Assembly (NCBI RefSeq): GCF_006345805.1
Contig: NW_021831900.1
Coordinates: 1 to 34,451 of the forward strand
Origin: Octopus sinensis
Taxonomy: Eukaryota
Direction of reading: 5' to 3'
Length of the DNA: 34,451 bases
A program made the position numbers and the translations under genes. The notes under the pieces were generated by a model. It did no database searches. It had not been told where the DNA came from and worked only from the letters and a program-made list of their open reading frames with translations. This document shows, piece after piece, positions 20,774 to 30,229 of this stretch. How positions within the stretch are numbered: the first letter of the stretch is position 1; each line of letters opens with the position of its first letter.

Positions 20774-21683
20774 GTCGCCCTCTTCAAGCCTAGCCAGGCT
20801 CATGGGCCCAGTTTCCCGGTTTCTGTGGCGTATGTGTCCCCCCCCCAGCTGGACGGGACACCAATCCATCACAGTGTTACTCAAGAAACAGGAAGAGAGA
20901 GTGAGAGAAAGTTGTGGCGAATGAGTACAACAGGGGTCGCTACCACCCCCTGCTGGAGCCTCGTGGAGCTTTTAGATGTTTTCGCTCAATAAACACACAC
21001 AACGCCCAGTCTGGGAATCGAAACCACGATCCTCCAACAGCAAGTCCGCTGCCCTAACCAATGGACCATTGCACCTCCAAATGCGCCCTTTTAAAGCCTA
21101 GCCAGGCTCATGGGCCCAGTTTCCCGGTTTCTGTGGCATATGTGTTCCCCCAGCTGGACGGGACGCCTGTCCATCGCAGCGTTACTCAAGAAACAGGAAG
21201 AGAGAGAGTGAGAGAAAGTTGGGGCGAAAGAGTACAACAGGGGTCGCCACCACCCCCTGCCGGAGCCTCGTGGAGTTTTTAGGTGTTTTCGCTCAATAAA
21301 CACACACAACGCCCGGTCTGGGAATCGAAATCGCGCTCCTCCGACTGTGAGTCCGCTGCCCTAACCACTGGGCCATTGCACCTCCAAATGCGCCCTTTTA
21401 AAGCCTAGCCAGGCTCATGGGCCCAGTTTCCCGGTTTCTGTGGCATATGTGTTCCCCCAGCTGGACGGGACGCCAGTCCATCGCAGCGTTACTCAAGAAA
21501 CAGGAAGAGAGAGAGTGAGAGAAAGTTGGGGCGAAAGAGTACAACAGGGGTCGCCACCACCCCCTGCCGGAGCCTCGTGGAGCTTTTAGGTGTTTTCGCT
21601 CAATAAACACACACAACGCCCGGTCTGGGAATCGAAATCGCGCTCTTCCGACTGTGAGTCCGCTGCCCTAACCACTGGGCCAT
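20774..21683 (-). mobile_element. Head-to-tail trimer of tRNA-derived SINE (family T), ~307-bp unit
   Basis: Junctions at about 21081 and 21388; minus-strand A box tggcccagtgg and B-box-like atttcgattcc; copies 2 and 3 almost identical, copy 1 more diverged. Confidence 0.92.
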
Positions 21684-21851
21684 ATATATATAAATTATAT
21701 ATATAAAATTCTATCGGCCAGCTTCCCTCGATTTCAGCTCTTCGTGTTTTTCTGTAGCGAGTAAATAATATGTGGAAATTGACGATTTAAAAGTCTGTTA
21801 TCACCATATTGGCATAGAAATAATTTTCTTAGCCCTTATTTATAAGTTGTT

Positions 21852-21882
<31 letters not shown>

Positions 21883-21936
21883 GTATATAATATATATATA
21901 TATATATAATATATATATATATATGAGAGAGAGAGC

Positions 21937-22080
21937 CAGACAGACAGAGATCAACAGACAGACAGAGATCAACAGACAGACAGAGATCAACAGACAGACA
22001 GAGATCAACAGACAGACAGACAAGCAGGCAGGGAGAGGTAGACAGGTTTGGTACATAGAGGTAGACAGGTTTGGTACATA
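21937..22080. repeat. Minisatellites: 18-bp x4 and 23-bp x2
   Basis: cagacagacagagatcaa x4; gaggtagacaggtttggtacata x2 (22035, 22058). Confidence 0.9.
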
Positions 22081-22139
22081 GATACATAGACATAGACAGA
22101 CAAATAGATGAATAGGTGTGGGTGTGTATTTAACGAGTA

Positions 22140-22378
22140 CTGTTGTCTTGATGTCATGTGATAATTGTAAACGAGCAACGTCCTCATTGTGCAAGTGACA
22201 TACATTTCCAGTTTCCTGTGACAAAAATATGTCAAGCCATGAGGGGGTGGAATCAACTTGCGTAAAAACAGGTGAGGGTTGGCAACGGGAAGAGCACCTG
22301 ACCACAGAAAATCTGCCTTGACGAAAAATTCCATCCGACCCATCCGAGCACAGAAAAGTGGACATTAACTGATGTTGA
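22140..22378 (+). mobile_element. RTE-type-tail SINE 3' part
   Basis: aaacaggtgagggttggcaacgggaagagcacc...gaaaagtggacattaac. Confidence 0.7.
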
Positions 22379-22740
22379 AGGGGACAACAAGAGGAGATGG
22401 GGATAGCATAAGGGAAAGGAGAATAGGACAAGGGAGATGGGGACAGGACAAGGGAAACAGGGATAGCTTGGGGGGGAGATGAGGAGAGCATGAGGGAGAC
22501 GGGGACAGCGAAAGGGAGATGGGGACAGTATGAGGGAGAGGGGGAGAGCACGAGGGAGAGGGGGAGCACGAGGGAGATGGGGACAGTGTGAGAGAAAGGG
22601 GGAGAGCACGAGGGAGAGAGGGAGAGCTTGGGGGAGATAAGGACAGCACGAGGGAGACAGGGACAGCGAAAGGGAGATGGGGACAGTGTGAGAGAAAGGG
22701 GGAGAGCACGAGGGAGAGCATAAGGGAAACGGGGACAGGA
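22379..22740. repeat. Purine-rich minisatellite (gggagatggggacagc.. variants)
   Basis: Direct inspection. Confidence 0.9.
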
Positions 22741-22936
22741 CAACAATGCCAGTGATGATAACAATGATGATGATGATGACAAAAAAATTATGATGACAAC
22801 AATGGCAATGACAACAATGATGATACTGATGATGATGATGTGGCTCTGGCTTAACCTACTCTCCTCCTCCTCCTCATTGTCAAAAAGGGGGAAGGATCAA
22901 GAAAGTGCGTTGGTCAGTTCATAACAAGACCAGCAC

Positions 22937-23395
22937 CAGCCGTCCAAGAATTTGGACCTGGAGATCTCCATTTCCAGCGACTTCAAGGGCCACCTCCCTG
23001 TGGTGTCGGGCATCAACGAAGAGCCCTTGACTACAACAAGACGACCAAATTTTTTTTTCCCAAGGTCTGGGGTCTCCCGGCCCTAAGCCCTAGACCATCA
23101 CCTAATCACCCTTACCCCTCTTGTTGCTTAACAACAACAACAACAACAGCAGCAGTAGTAGTAGTAGCAGCAGCAGAAGCAGTATCAGCCGTCCAAGAAT
23201 TTGGACCTGGAGATCTCCATTTCCAGCGACTTCGAGGGCCACCTCCCAGTGGTGTTGGGCGTCAACGAAGAGCCCTCGACTACAACAAGACGACCAAAGT
23301 TTTTTGGGGGTTTTTTTTCCAAGGTCTGGGGTCTCCCACCCCTAAGCCCTAGACCCTCACCTAATCACCCTTACCCGTTTTGTTGCTTAACAACA
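22937..23395. repeat. Tandem duplication (249-bp period) of a GC-rich, hairpin-dense unit
   Basis: cagccgtccaagaatttgg at 22937 and 23186; 13-bp direct repeat aagaccagcacca at 22926-22938 and 23396-23408. Confidence 0.9.
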
Positions 23396-23736
23396 AAGAC
23401 CAGCACCAAAAAACCAATTAGTCAAAGTATGGCACCAAGTCATCGGTCACTGCAACAACAGCAGCAGCAGCAGCAGTAGCAGCAGTGAATTGGCATCATT
23501 TGATCCGTCTTTGAGTCTGGAGACACCGAAAATTGAAGTTGACCTTCATCAAAATTAGGTTGACCTTTGCCCCACCACCACCACCACCACTGGCAAGAGT
23601 TAATCTGAAGAAGTGAAGAGATGAGAATGAGGACACGAAAGGCAGCAATGCCTTGGTGTGCACCGCTCCACCGTTCTGGCTCCTCCACCCTCCAGAGTGA
23701 TTATCTTTGACTGTGAGAGAAACAGCGTGTTAATGT

Positions 23737-24420
23737 GAGGGGGAGGGGGGAGATACGGAGAGGACGGGGGGAAGGTGGGGGAAGAGGATGATAAGGATAA
23801 TGAGAGGATTATGGAGATAACGAGGGTGTTTTGGGATTAAGGGATAGCGAGAGGGAGAGAGGGACAGCGAGAAGGAGACGGAACACAAAGATAGTGCAAG
23901 GGAGATGGGGACAGCAAGAGGAGATGGGGACAGGACAAGGGAAACAGGGATAGCTTGGGGGAGATAAGGAAAGCACGAGGGAAACGGGGACAGCAAAAGG
24001 GGGATGGGGACAGTGTGAGGGAGAGCATGAGGGAAACAGGGACAGCGAGAAGATAGACAGAACACAAAGATAGTGCAAGAGAGTTGGGGACATAAAGAGG
24101 AGATGGGGATAGCACAAGGGAGAGGGGACAGGATAAGGGAAACAGGGATAGCTGTTGGGAGATGGGGACAGCACAAGGCAGACAGGGACAGTGTGCGAGA
24201 GAGGGGGACAGCGTGAGGGAGACGGGGACAATGCAAGAGAGATGGAGACAGGACAAGGGAAACAGGGATAACTTGGGGGAGATGAGGACAGTGAAAGGGA
24301 GATGGGGATAGCAAAAGGGAGATGGGGACAGTGTGAGGGAGAGGGGGAGAGCATGAGGGAGACGGGGACAGCATGAAGGATAACGGGGACAGTGCGAGGG
24401 AGACAGGGATGCTAGTATAG
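23737..24420. repeat. Purine-rich minisatellite, same family as 22379-22740
   Basis: Shared gggagatggggacag and gggaaacagggatagcttggggg units. Confidence 0.9.
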
Positions 24421-24953
24421 GGGATAGGGATGAAGACAGAGGGAAATAGAGAAAGAAATGGAGAGGGGGACAGAGCAGAGAAGAATAGAAGTTAAAGAAG
24501 AGTAGAAGTCCAGAATACATAGGAATAGTCATGTGGTTGGTGGGGAGGTGGTAGTGGTGGTGGTAGTGGAGTGTGAGATGCGGCGGTGAGGGGCAGGGGT
24601 GGAGACAAAAGGTCAGAAACATCTGTATCAGTTAGTTTAATGTAAAAGTTCACAGGAATGAGGCGGAGAGGGAGGTGTGGACCCAAACCACTCCCCCCCC
24701 CACTCACCGCAGCCAATTAATTCTGCGGTGGATTCATTAAATTGGGGGCAATTAGATACAGCATTTTCAACTACAAAAGGAGAGACAGAGACACACAGAG
24801 GAAAAAAAAAAGAAAATTACAAAATATTCTTCTAACAACCGTTTTGGTTCGGAGTCCTCGTATGTTCTATTAAGATATAACGACCATCTGATTAGTTGCA
24901 TTTGTGGAATGTGTTACCACAGGGAAACATAAGTGTCTTAATCATGTGTTTAA

Positions 24954-25174
24954 CCCTTTCGTTACTGAATTTATTTTGAGATGTTCTGTGTTTCTTTCAA
25001 TTATTTTAAATATAAGAAAGAATTTAGTAAAATAACTTAGTTATCATTCAGCTAGTGTTAGTAACATAAATTGTGACTAAGGTTTGGTGGAAGATTTTAA
25101 TTCAAAACTTATGAAAACTAGACATTTGTTCTACAGAACCAGAGGTAGTTTCAGCTAGGTTGGTATCAAAAGGG
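24954..25174. mobile_element. piggyBac-type MITE, 221 bp
   Basis: TTAA at 24950-24953 and 25175-25178; termini ccctttcgttac / gtatcaaaaggg. Confidence 0.88.
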
Positions 25175-25205
25175 TTAAGAATTGTTACTCTATTATATAT
25201 TTTAA

Positions 25206-25426
25206 CCCTTTCGTTACCATATTTCTGTTGAGATGCTCTGTGTTTCTTTCAATTAATTTTAAATATAACAAAGAATTTAGTAAAATAACTTAGTTACCAT
25301 TAAGCTAGTGTTAGGAACATAAATTGTGACTAAGGTTTGGTGGAAGATTTTAATTCAGAACCTTTGAAAACAAGACATTTGTACTCAGAGCCAGAGCTGG
25401 TTTTAGCCGGGTTGGTAACGAAAGGG
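25206..25426. mobile_element. piggyBac-type MITE, 221 bp
   Basis: TTAA at 25202-25205 and 25427-25430; perfect 14-bp TIR ccctttcgttacca / tggtaacgaaaggg. Confidence 0.92.
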
Positions 25427-25515
25427 TTAAACCCTACTAAAATTTTGGTTAAACCCTATTAAGATCTGCATAAGAGAACCTTATTCAATCTAAGACCTAT
25501 TAAGATCTTGGTTAG

Positions 25516-25723
25516 CATCATCATCATCATTGTTCGACCGTGGTCGAGACAATGGAATTTACCATGCTATGCCAGACTTCACGGTCCATCATGGCATTAC
25601 GGAGGTCCTGTTGCTGGATGCCTGTATCCCTGGAGATTACATCGGGGTAGGAGAGTGTGCGCCCTCTGGTATTGCGAGTAGATGGCTTCCAGAGGAGAAG
25701 AGTAGAAATTGCCTCGTTTTCAG
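25516..25723 (-). mobile_element. 5'-truncated RTE-clade LINE 3' end
   Basis: Open reading ENEAISTLLLWKPSTRNTRGRTLSYPDVISRDTGIQQQDLRNAMMDREVWHSMVNSIVSTTVEQ* (RTE-type LLWxP..RGR..Y.D....DTG....L..AM.DR..W); stop at 25527-25529 merges into a (TGA)n tail; subterminal palindrome tcgaccacggtcga. Confidence 0.85.
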
Positions 25724-25724
25724 G

Positions 25725-25892
25725 TTAGCAGCAGTCCATCTACCTTCACATTCTGAGTTCAAATTCCAGCAAGGTCGACTTTGCTTTTCATCCTTTCGGC
25801 ATCGATAAATTAAATACCAGTGAAACACTGGGGTTGATGTATCAACTAGCTACCTCGCACAATTTTCAGGCCTTGTGTCTATAGTAGAAAGG

Positions 25893-25925
<33 letters not shown>

Positions 25926-26115
25926 GTCAGTACGCTGGGCAAAATACTTAGCAGCATTTTGTCTGTCTTCACATTCTGAGTTCAATTTCTGCTGATGTTG
26001 ACTTTGCTTTTCATCCATTCAAGGTTGATAAATTAAGTACCAGTGAAATACTGGGGTTGATGTAATCAACTAGCCCCCTCCCTCAATTTCAAGCCTTGTG
26101 CCTAAAGTAGAAAGG

Positions 26116-26148
<33 letters not shown>
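25725..26148 (+). mobile_element. Two adjacent SINE fragments (family N body, alternative tail, (TTA)n ends)
   Basis: Units at about 25725-25925 and 25930-26148, each ending agtagaaaggattattatt. Confidence 0.8.
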
Positions 26149-26520
26149 GTCCCTGTGAATAAGTGTAGCATTACCTTCTTGTTGTTGTTGTTGCTGAAGG
26201 CTGTCAAATGGATTCAGATATCTGCAATATCGTTGCTGTAATTAAATGTTTCACAGCTGAGAGTATTTGTCTGTCTGTTTGTCCCGTGGTCTGTTTTATC
26301 AAACTCCCCAGCCACGACCCGATCAATCAATCAATACACCAGCATTTGGATGATATCGATTTTTCCGAAACAGACTGAAGATCAATTTTACAAGCCGCAA
26401 AAACGTTTGTTGTTGTTGCTGTTGCTGTGGAGTCAATGGTCTCCGGTCACCAACCCACCCACCCCCGTATCAACCACAGGTCAACAGACGTATGACCAAA
26501 GGTATTCCGTGAGCATACCT

Positions 26521-26695
26521 GATGCAGGTGTAGCCATGCGGTTAAGAAGCACACCTGGCAACCACATGGGTTCCGGTTCAGTCTCGCTCTGTTGCACCTG
26601 GTCGAGTGAGTGCCTTCTACTATAGCCCGGGCCAGCCAAAAGCTTGCAAGTGAATTAGACAGACAGAAACTGCAGACAAAAGAGAAAAGAAGTAA
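26521..26695 (+). mobile_element. Diverged CORE-type SINE 5' half
   Basis: caaccacatgggttccggttcagtc...tgccttctactatagcccgggcc. Confidence 0.75.
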
Positions 26696-26716
26696 AAAAA
26701 AATCTAGGACACTGCA

Positions 26717-26764
26717 GCCAACCCTGACTGGCCAACCCTGACTGGCCAACCTGACTGGCCAACC
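26717..26764. repeat. 14-bp minisatellite x3
   Basis: gccaaccctgactg repeated. Confidence 0.9.
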
Positions 26765-26870
26765 TCTGCAATCACACATGTTTGTCCCAAATTGGACTTG
26801 TCAGACACAGGAAGACTGCAACAAATGTGGACATACCACACCATAAATCTTCACTTGTGAAGCCAAGCCA

Positions 26871-26911
<41 letters not shown>

Positions 26912-27009
26912 TAATAAATAAAATATATGCATACATACATACATACATATATGTATGTACCTACATCTACATGTATATATACATGCATATATAAATATAT
27001 ATACGTGTG

Positions 27010-27172
27010 TACAGGACACCACAAATAGACGTAGAACTCAACGAGAAACGAAAACGTAAAAACAAACGTGGAAACGGACCTAAACGAAAAAAAACAGAGT
27101 ACAAGACAAACTACACAAGGAAACATCCCCTTCATCAGCTGTCCCTAGTTCAACTCCAGCGTGTTTCGAATA
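27010..27172 (-). mobile_element. Possible Penelope-like terminal remnant
   Basis: Minus strand CGAAAC...CTGATGAAGGGG next to a U-rich tract, similar in composition to 30230-30408; the ribozyme fold is not completed. Confidence 0.35.
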
Positions 27173-27177
27173 TATAT

Positions 27178-27467
27178 GTGGAGGCGCAATGGCCTAGTGG
27201 TTAGGCAGCAGACTCGCGGTCGTAGGATCGCGGTTTCGATTCCCAGACCGAGCGTTGTGAATGTTTATTGAGCGAAAACACCTAAAAGCTCCACAAGGCT
27301 CCGGCAGTGGGGTGGTGATCCCTGCTGTACTCTTTCACCACTCTTTCTTCTGTTGGCCTGCTCGCTTAACCAGCGGGGTGGCGTCATTCAAGGGCTAAAA
27401 AAACAATGCGAACGCATTGTGACCAGCAATGTGTAACTACATCTGATGGACTGGTCGATCACGTGAG
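27178..27467 (+). mobile_element. Full-length family T SINE (tRNA-Arg-like head), tail variant 2
   Basis: A box tggcctagtgg, B box gtttcgattcc, anticodon-like loop gactcgcggtc; body as in 20774-21683; different 3' tail. Confidence 0.88.
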
Positions 27468-27505
27468 ATATATATATATATTATATATATATATATATAT
27501 ATATG

Positions 27506-28174
27506 ATACAAACAAGAAAATGGAGGAACAGATTACTTTCAATCATCAACTTACAGATAATACCAATTCATATAATTTATTAACTACATAAATAGGAACA
27601 TCCAAATCCAACAGAGTAAAACAGAATAAAACAATATACATCAATAAGTAAGATAATACCATAAAAATAATACATATAAAATGGACCTTACAGCTGTTTC
27701 AGTCTGTAGATAAAGGTATCTCATTGTGCCTATATTAGTCATATGTATTGACGTAATATGCACTTAAAAATGAGTTACTTATATATATATATATATATAT
27801 CTCAAGGCCTCATCAGAGATTATAAAGTACAATTATGAAGATATAAAATGCAAATATAAATATGAAACAAAATACACATACACAAGAATATATATATATA
27901 CATAAGTGTATATACACATATATACACATATATATACATATATATAAGTATATATATATAATAATATACATACACATAAGGTTACAGATAATCAAATATA
28001 TATACTGGAGTACACATATACATCCACATAAATGGGTACATATACAAAGTCCAAAGGTCATTACATTAAATTACCAAAACTAATTATTGTTATTATTATT
28101 TTAAGTAGTTAATAAATAATATGAATTAAGTCGATGATTGAAAGGAATCTGTTCCTCCATTTTCTTATTTGTAT
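27506..28174. mobile_element. AT-rich element bounded by ~70-80-bp inverted repeats, Penelope-like by inference
   Basis: 27506-27553 vs reverse complement of 28127-28174: 3 mismatches in 48 bp; homology continues after an ~11-nt indel (27565-27587 vs 28105-28127). Confidence 0.6.
27685..27820 (-). ncRNA. Type I hammerhead ribozyme motif with a 109-nt stem II
   Basis: AUCU-CUGAUGA-GGCCUUGAG...AGACU-GAAA-CAGCUG-UA-AGGU: full core, palindromic stem III ACAGCUGU, GUA cleavage triplet, 4-bp stem I; the insert folds into an imperfect hairpin. Confidence 0.65.
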
Positions 28175-28371
28175 TATGAATTTGAGGTAAAATATTCTAC
28201 CTTCGCCTATCTAATACAATAAATGGACTAATTGCATTGCAATTATAAGCATTTATGTATTAGCCTTTTGGGTACTTTACTGGCAGTATATTGGATAACT
28301 GATATCCCATAGTGGGTTACACTCATAACCCCTATCTCACTTTGTACTTATATATATATATTTACTTGTTT

Positions 28372-28572
28372 TCCCCCCATCTCCCTGCTTGACAACCAGT
28401 GCTCATTTGTTTACATCCCATAACTTAGCAGTTTGGCAAAAGAGACTGACAGAATAAGTACCAGACTAAAAAAGAAAAAAAACATTCAGTCCTGGGGTTG
28501 ATTTCTTCAGCTAAAACCCGTCGAGGTGGTCCCTTGGCATGGCACCAGTCAAAACGACTGAAACAAGTACCA
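28372..28572 (+). mobile_element. CORE-type SINE 3' half
   Basis: tgcttgacaacc...taacttagcagtttggcaaaagagactgacagaataagtacc...gactgaaacaag. Confidence 0.75.
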
Positions 28573-28602
28573 GAGCAATGATTCCAGTGTCAAGTGAACG
28601 GT

Positions 28603-29235
28603 ACCCGCACTGGTGGCACGTAAAAGACACCCACAACACTCTCGGAGTGGTGGGCATTAGGAAAGGCATCCAGCCATAGAAACCAGGCCAAATCAAATCG
28701 GAACCCAGTGCAGCCCCACCATCCCTTAGCTTACCAGTTTTCAGTGAAGCCTATTTCTTTACTACCCACAAGGAGCTAAACATAGAGGGGACAAACAAGG
28801 ACAGACAAACGGATTAAGTCGATTATATCGACCCCAGTGCGTAACTGGTACTTATTTAATCGACCCTGAAATGATGAAAGACAAAGTCGACCTCGATGGA
28901 ATTTGAACTCAGAACGTAACGGCAGACGTATATATCTATTTCTTTACTACCCACAAGGGGCTAAACACAGAGAAGACAAACAAGGACAGACAAACGGATT
29001 AAGTCGATTACATTGACCCCAGTACGTAACTGGTACTTAATTTATCGACCCCGAAAGAATGAAAGGCAAAGTCGACCTCGGCGGAATTTGAACCCAGAAC
29101 GTAACAGCAGACGAAATACGGCTACGCATTTTGCCCGGCGTGCTAACGTTTCTGCCAGCTCGCTGCCTTTCAGTCAAGCCATCCAACCCATGCTAGCATG
29201 GAAAGCAGATGTTAAATGATGATGATGATGATGAT
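28603..29235 (+). mobile_element. RTE-type-tail SINE 3' part split by a nested SINE dimer
   Basis: ggtggcacgtaaaagacaccc...ttttcagtgaagcc | insert | tttcagtcaagccatccaacccatgctagcatgg...atgatgatg. Confidence 0.8.
28752..29167 (-). mobile_element. Family N SINE dimer (one full plus one 5'-truncated copy)
   Basis: Single TSD tttcagtgaagcc (28739-28751) / tttcagtcaagcc (29168-29180). Confidence 0.9.
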
Positions 29236-29489
29236 ACCATCTTCATCCTCTCCACTTATTTGTAAACCATTTAACCATTTTAACCTTTTTACTGCAGAAA
29301 TCAGATATATTCACCCAAAGTTTCGCTGCCCTTAAATGTGGAAAGCAAGTTTTATTTATCAATCTATCTTTTATGGAGGAATGTCATGTCGGAAACTATT
29401 TCGCATTCGGATATATGTCGAGTTTATTGAGTCAACGTGACTTACAGAAAATGCCAATTCTATTCTTTTGGTAGATATTTAACATTATT

Positions 29490-29650
29490 ACTGGAATCAT
29501 CTTTTAATGTCCGTTTTCTATGCTGGCATGGGTTGAACAGTTTGACCGGAGCTAGCAAAGTGGAAAGCTACACCCAAGTTCTAGTCCGACTTGGCTTGGT
29601 TTCTACAGCTGGGGTGCTCTTCCTATCACCAACCACTATACAATGTGTAG
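29490..29650 (-). mobile_element. RTE-type-tail SINE fragment
   Basis: ttttaatgtccgttttctatgctggcatgggttg...gtttctacagctgg. Confidence 0.7.
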
Positions 29651-29889
29651 AATAGCCACAAAATTCGATTTCACAATTAAAAGTTTAACAGAGTATTGGG
29701 GTAGGTTTTAAACATGGAACCGGTGAGAATGCCTTTTACAGAATAAAAATAAAGATTCTTCCCTAATTTAGCTCCATGTTATCAATATTCAAATTAATTA
29801 TTCCTACATGGATTCATGCCTCCTAAGCATGTGAACTGTGTGTGTGAATGCTTATAGGTGTAAGCATGTTTATGTATGTGTGTACATAT

Positions 29890-30229
29890 ACTCTTTTACT
29901 TGTTTCAGTCATTTGACTGCGGCCATGCTGGAGCACCGCCTTTAATCGAGCAACTCGACCCCGGGACTTATTCTTTTGTAAGCCCAGTACTTAATCTATA
30001 TCGGTTGTCAAGCAATGCTAGGGGGACAAACAGACACACACACGCATATATATATATATATATACATATATACGACGGGCTTCTTTCAGTTTCTGTCTAC
30101 CAAATCCACTCACAAGGCTTTGGTCGGCCCAAGGCTATAGTAGAAGACACTTGCTCAAGGTGCCACACAGTGGGAATGAACCCGGAACCATGTGGTTAGT
30201 AAACAAGCTACTTACCACACAGCCACTCC
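29890..30229 (-). mobile_element. CORE-type SINE, near full length
   Basis: Reverse complement of the 11130 element with an internal deletion. Confidence 0.88.

Noticed and set aside
22855-23352. Start-less open frame of ~165 codons, and the peptide DLEISISSDFEGHLPVVLGVNEEP in another frame
   Set aside because: No start or splice acceptor; differences between the two copies are mostly non-synonymous; no recognisable homology.
22937-23395. HDV-like fold (tcccWgt loop, cgaa) and a twister-like cggccctaagccc motif
   Set aside because: P1 is imperfect and competes with a local hairpin, P1.1 and P4 are missing, and pairing favours the opposite strand; the twister pseudoknot partners are absent.
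21829-24622. S/P/L/C-rich minus-strand ORFs of 118-317 aa
   Set aside because: Antisense readings of the purine-rich minisatellite.
26177-26237. Minus-strand exon candidate QRYCRYLNPFDSLQQQQQQE
   Set aside because: Weak acceptor, and part of it is a (CAA)n microsatellite.
27179-27250. tRNA-Arg-like gene (also tRNA-like heads at 17990-18068 and 21000-21683)
   Set aside because: These are SINE heads: the acceptor stem is not formed and they continue into SINE bodies.
29446-29490. Minus-strand exon ending at a perfect gtaagt donor (IMLNIYQKNRIGIF)
   Set aside because: The acceptor lies in a SINE tail and lacks a pyrimidine tract.
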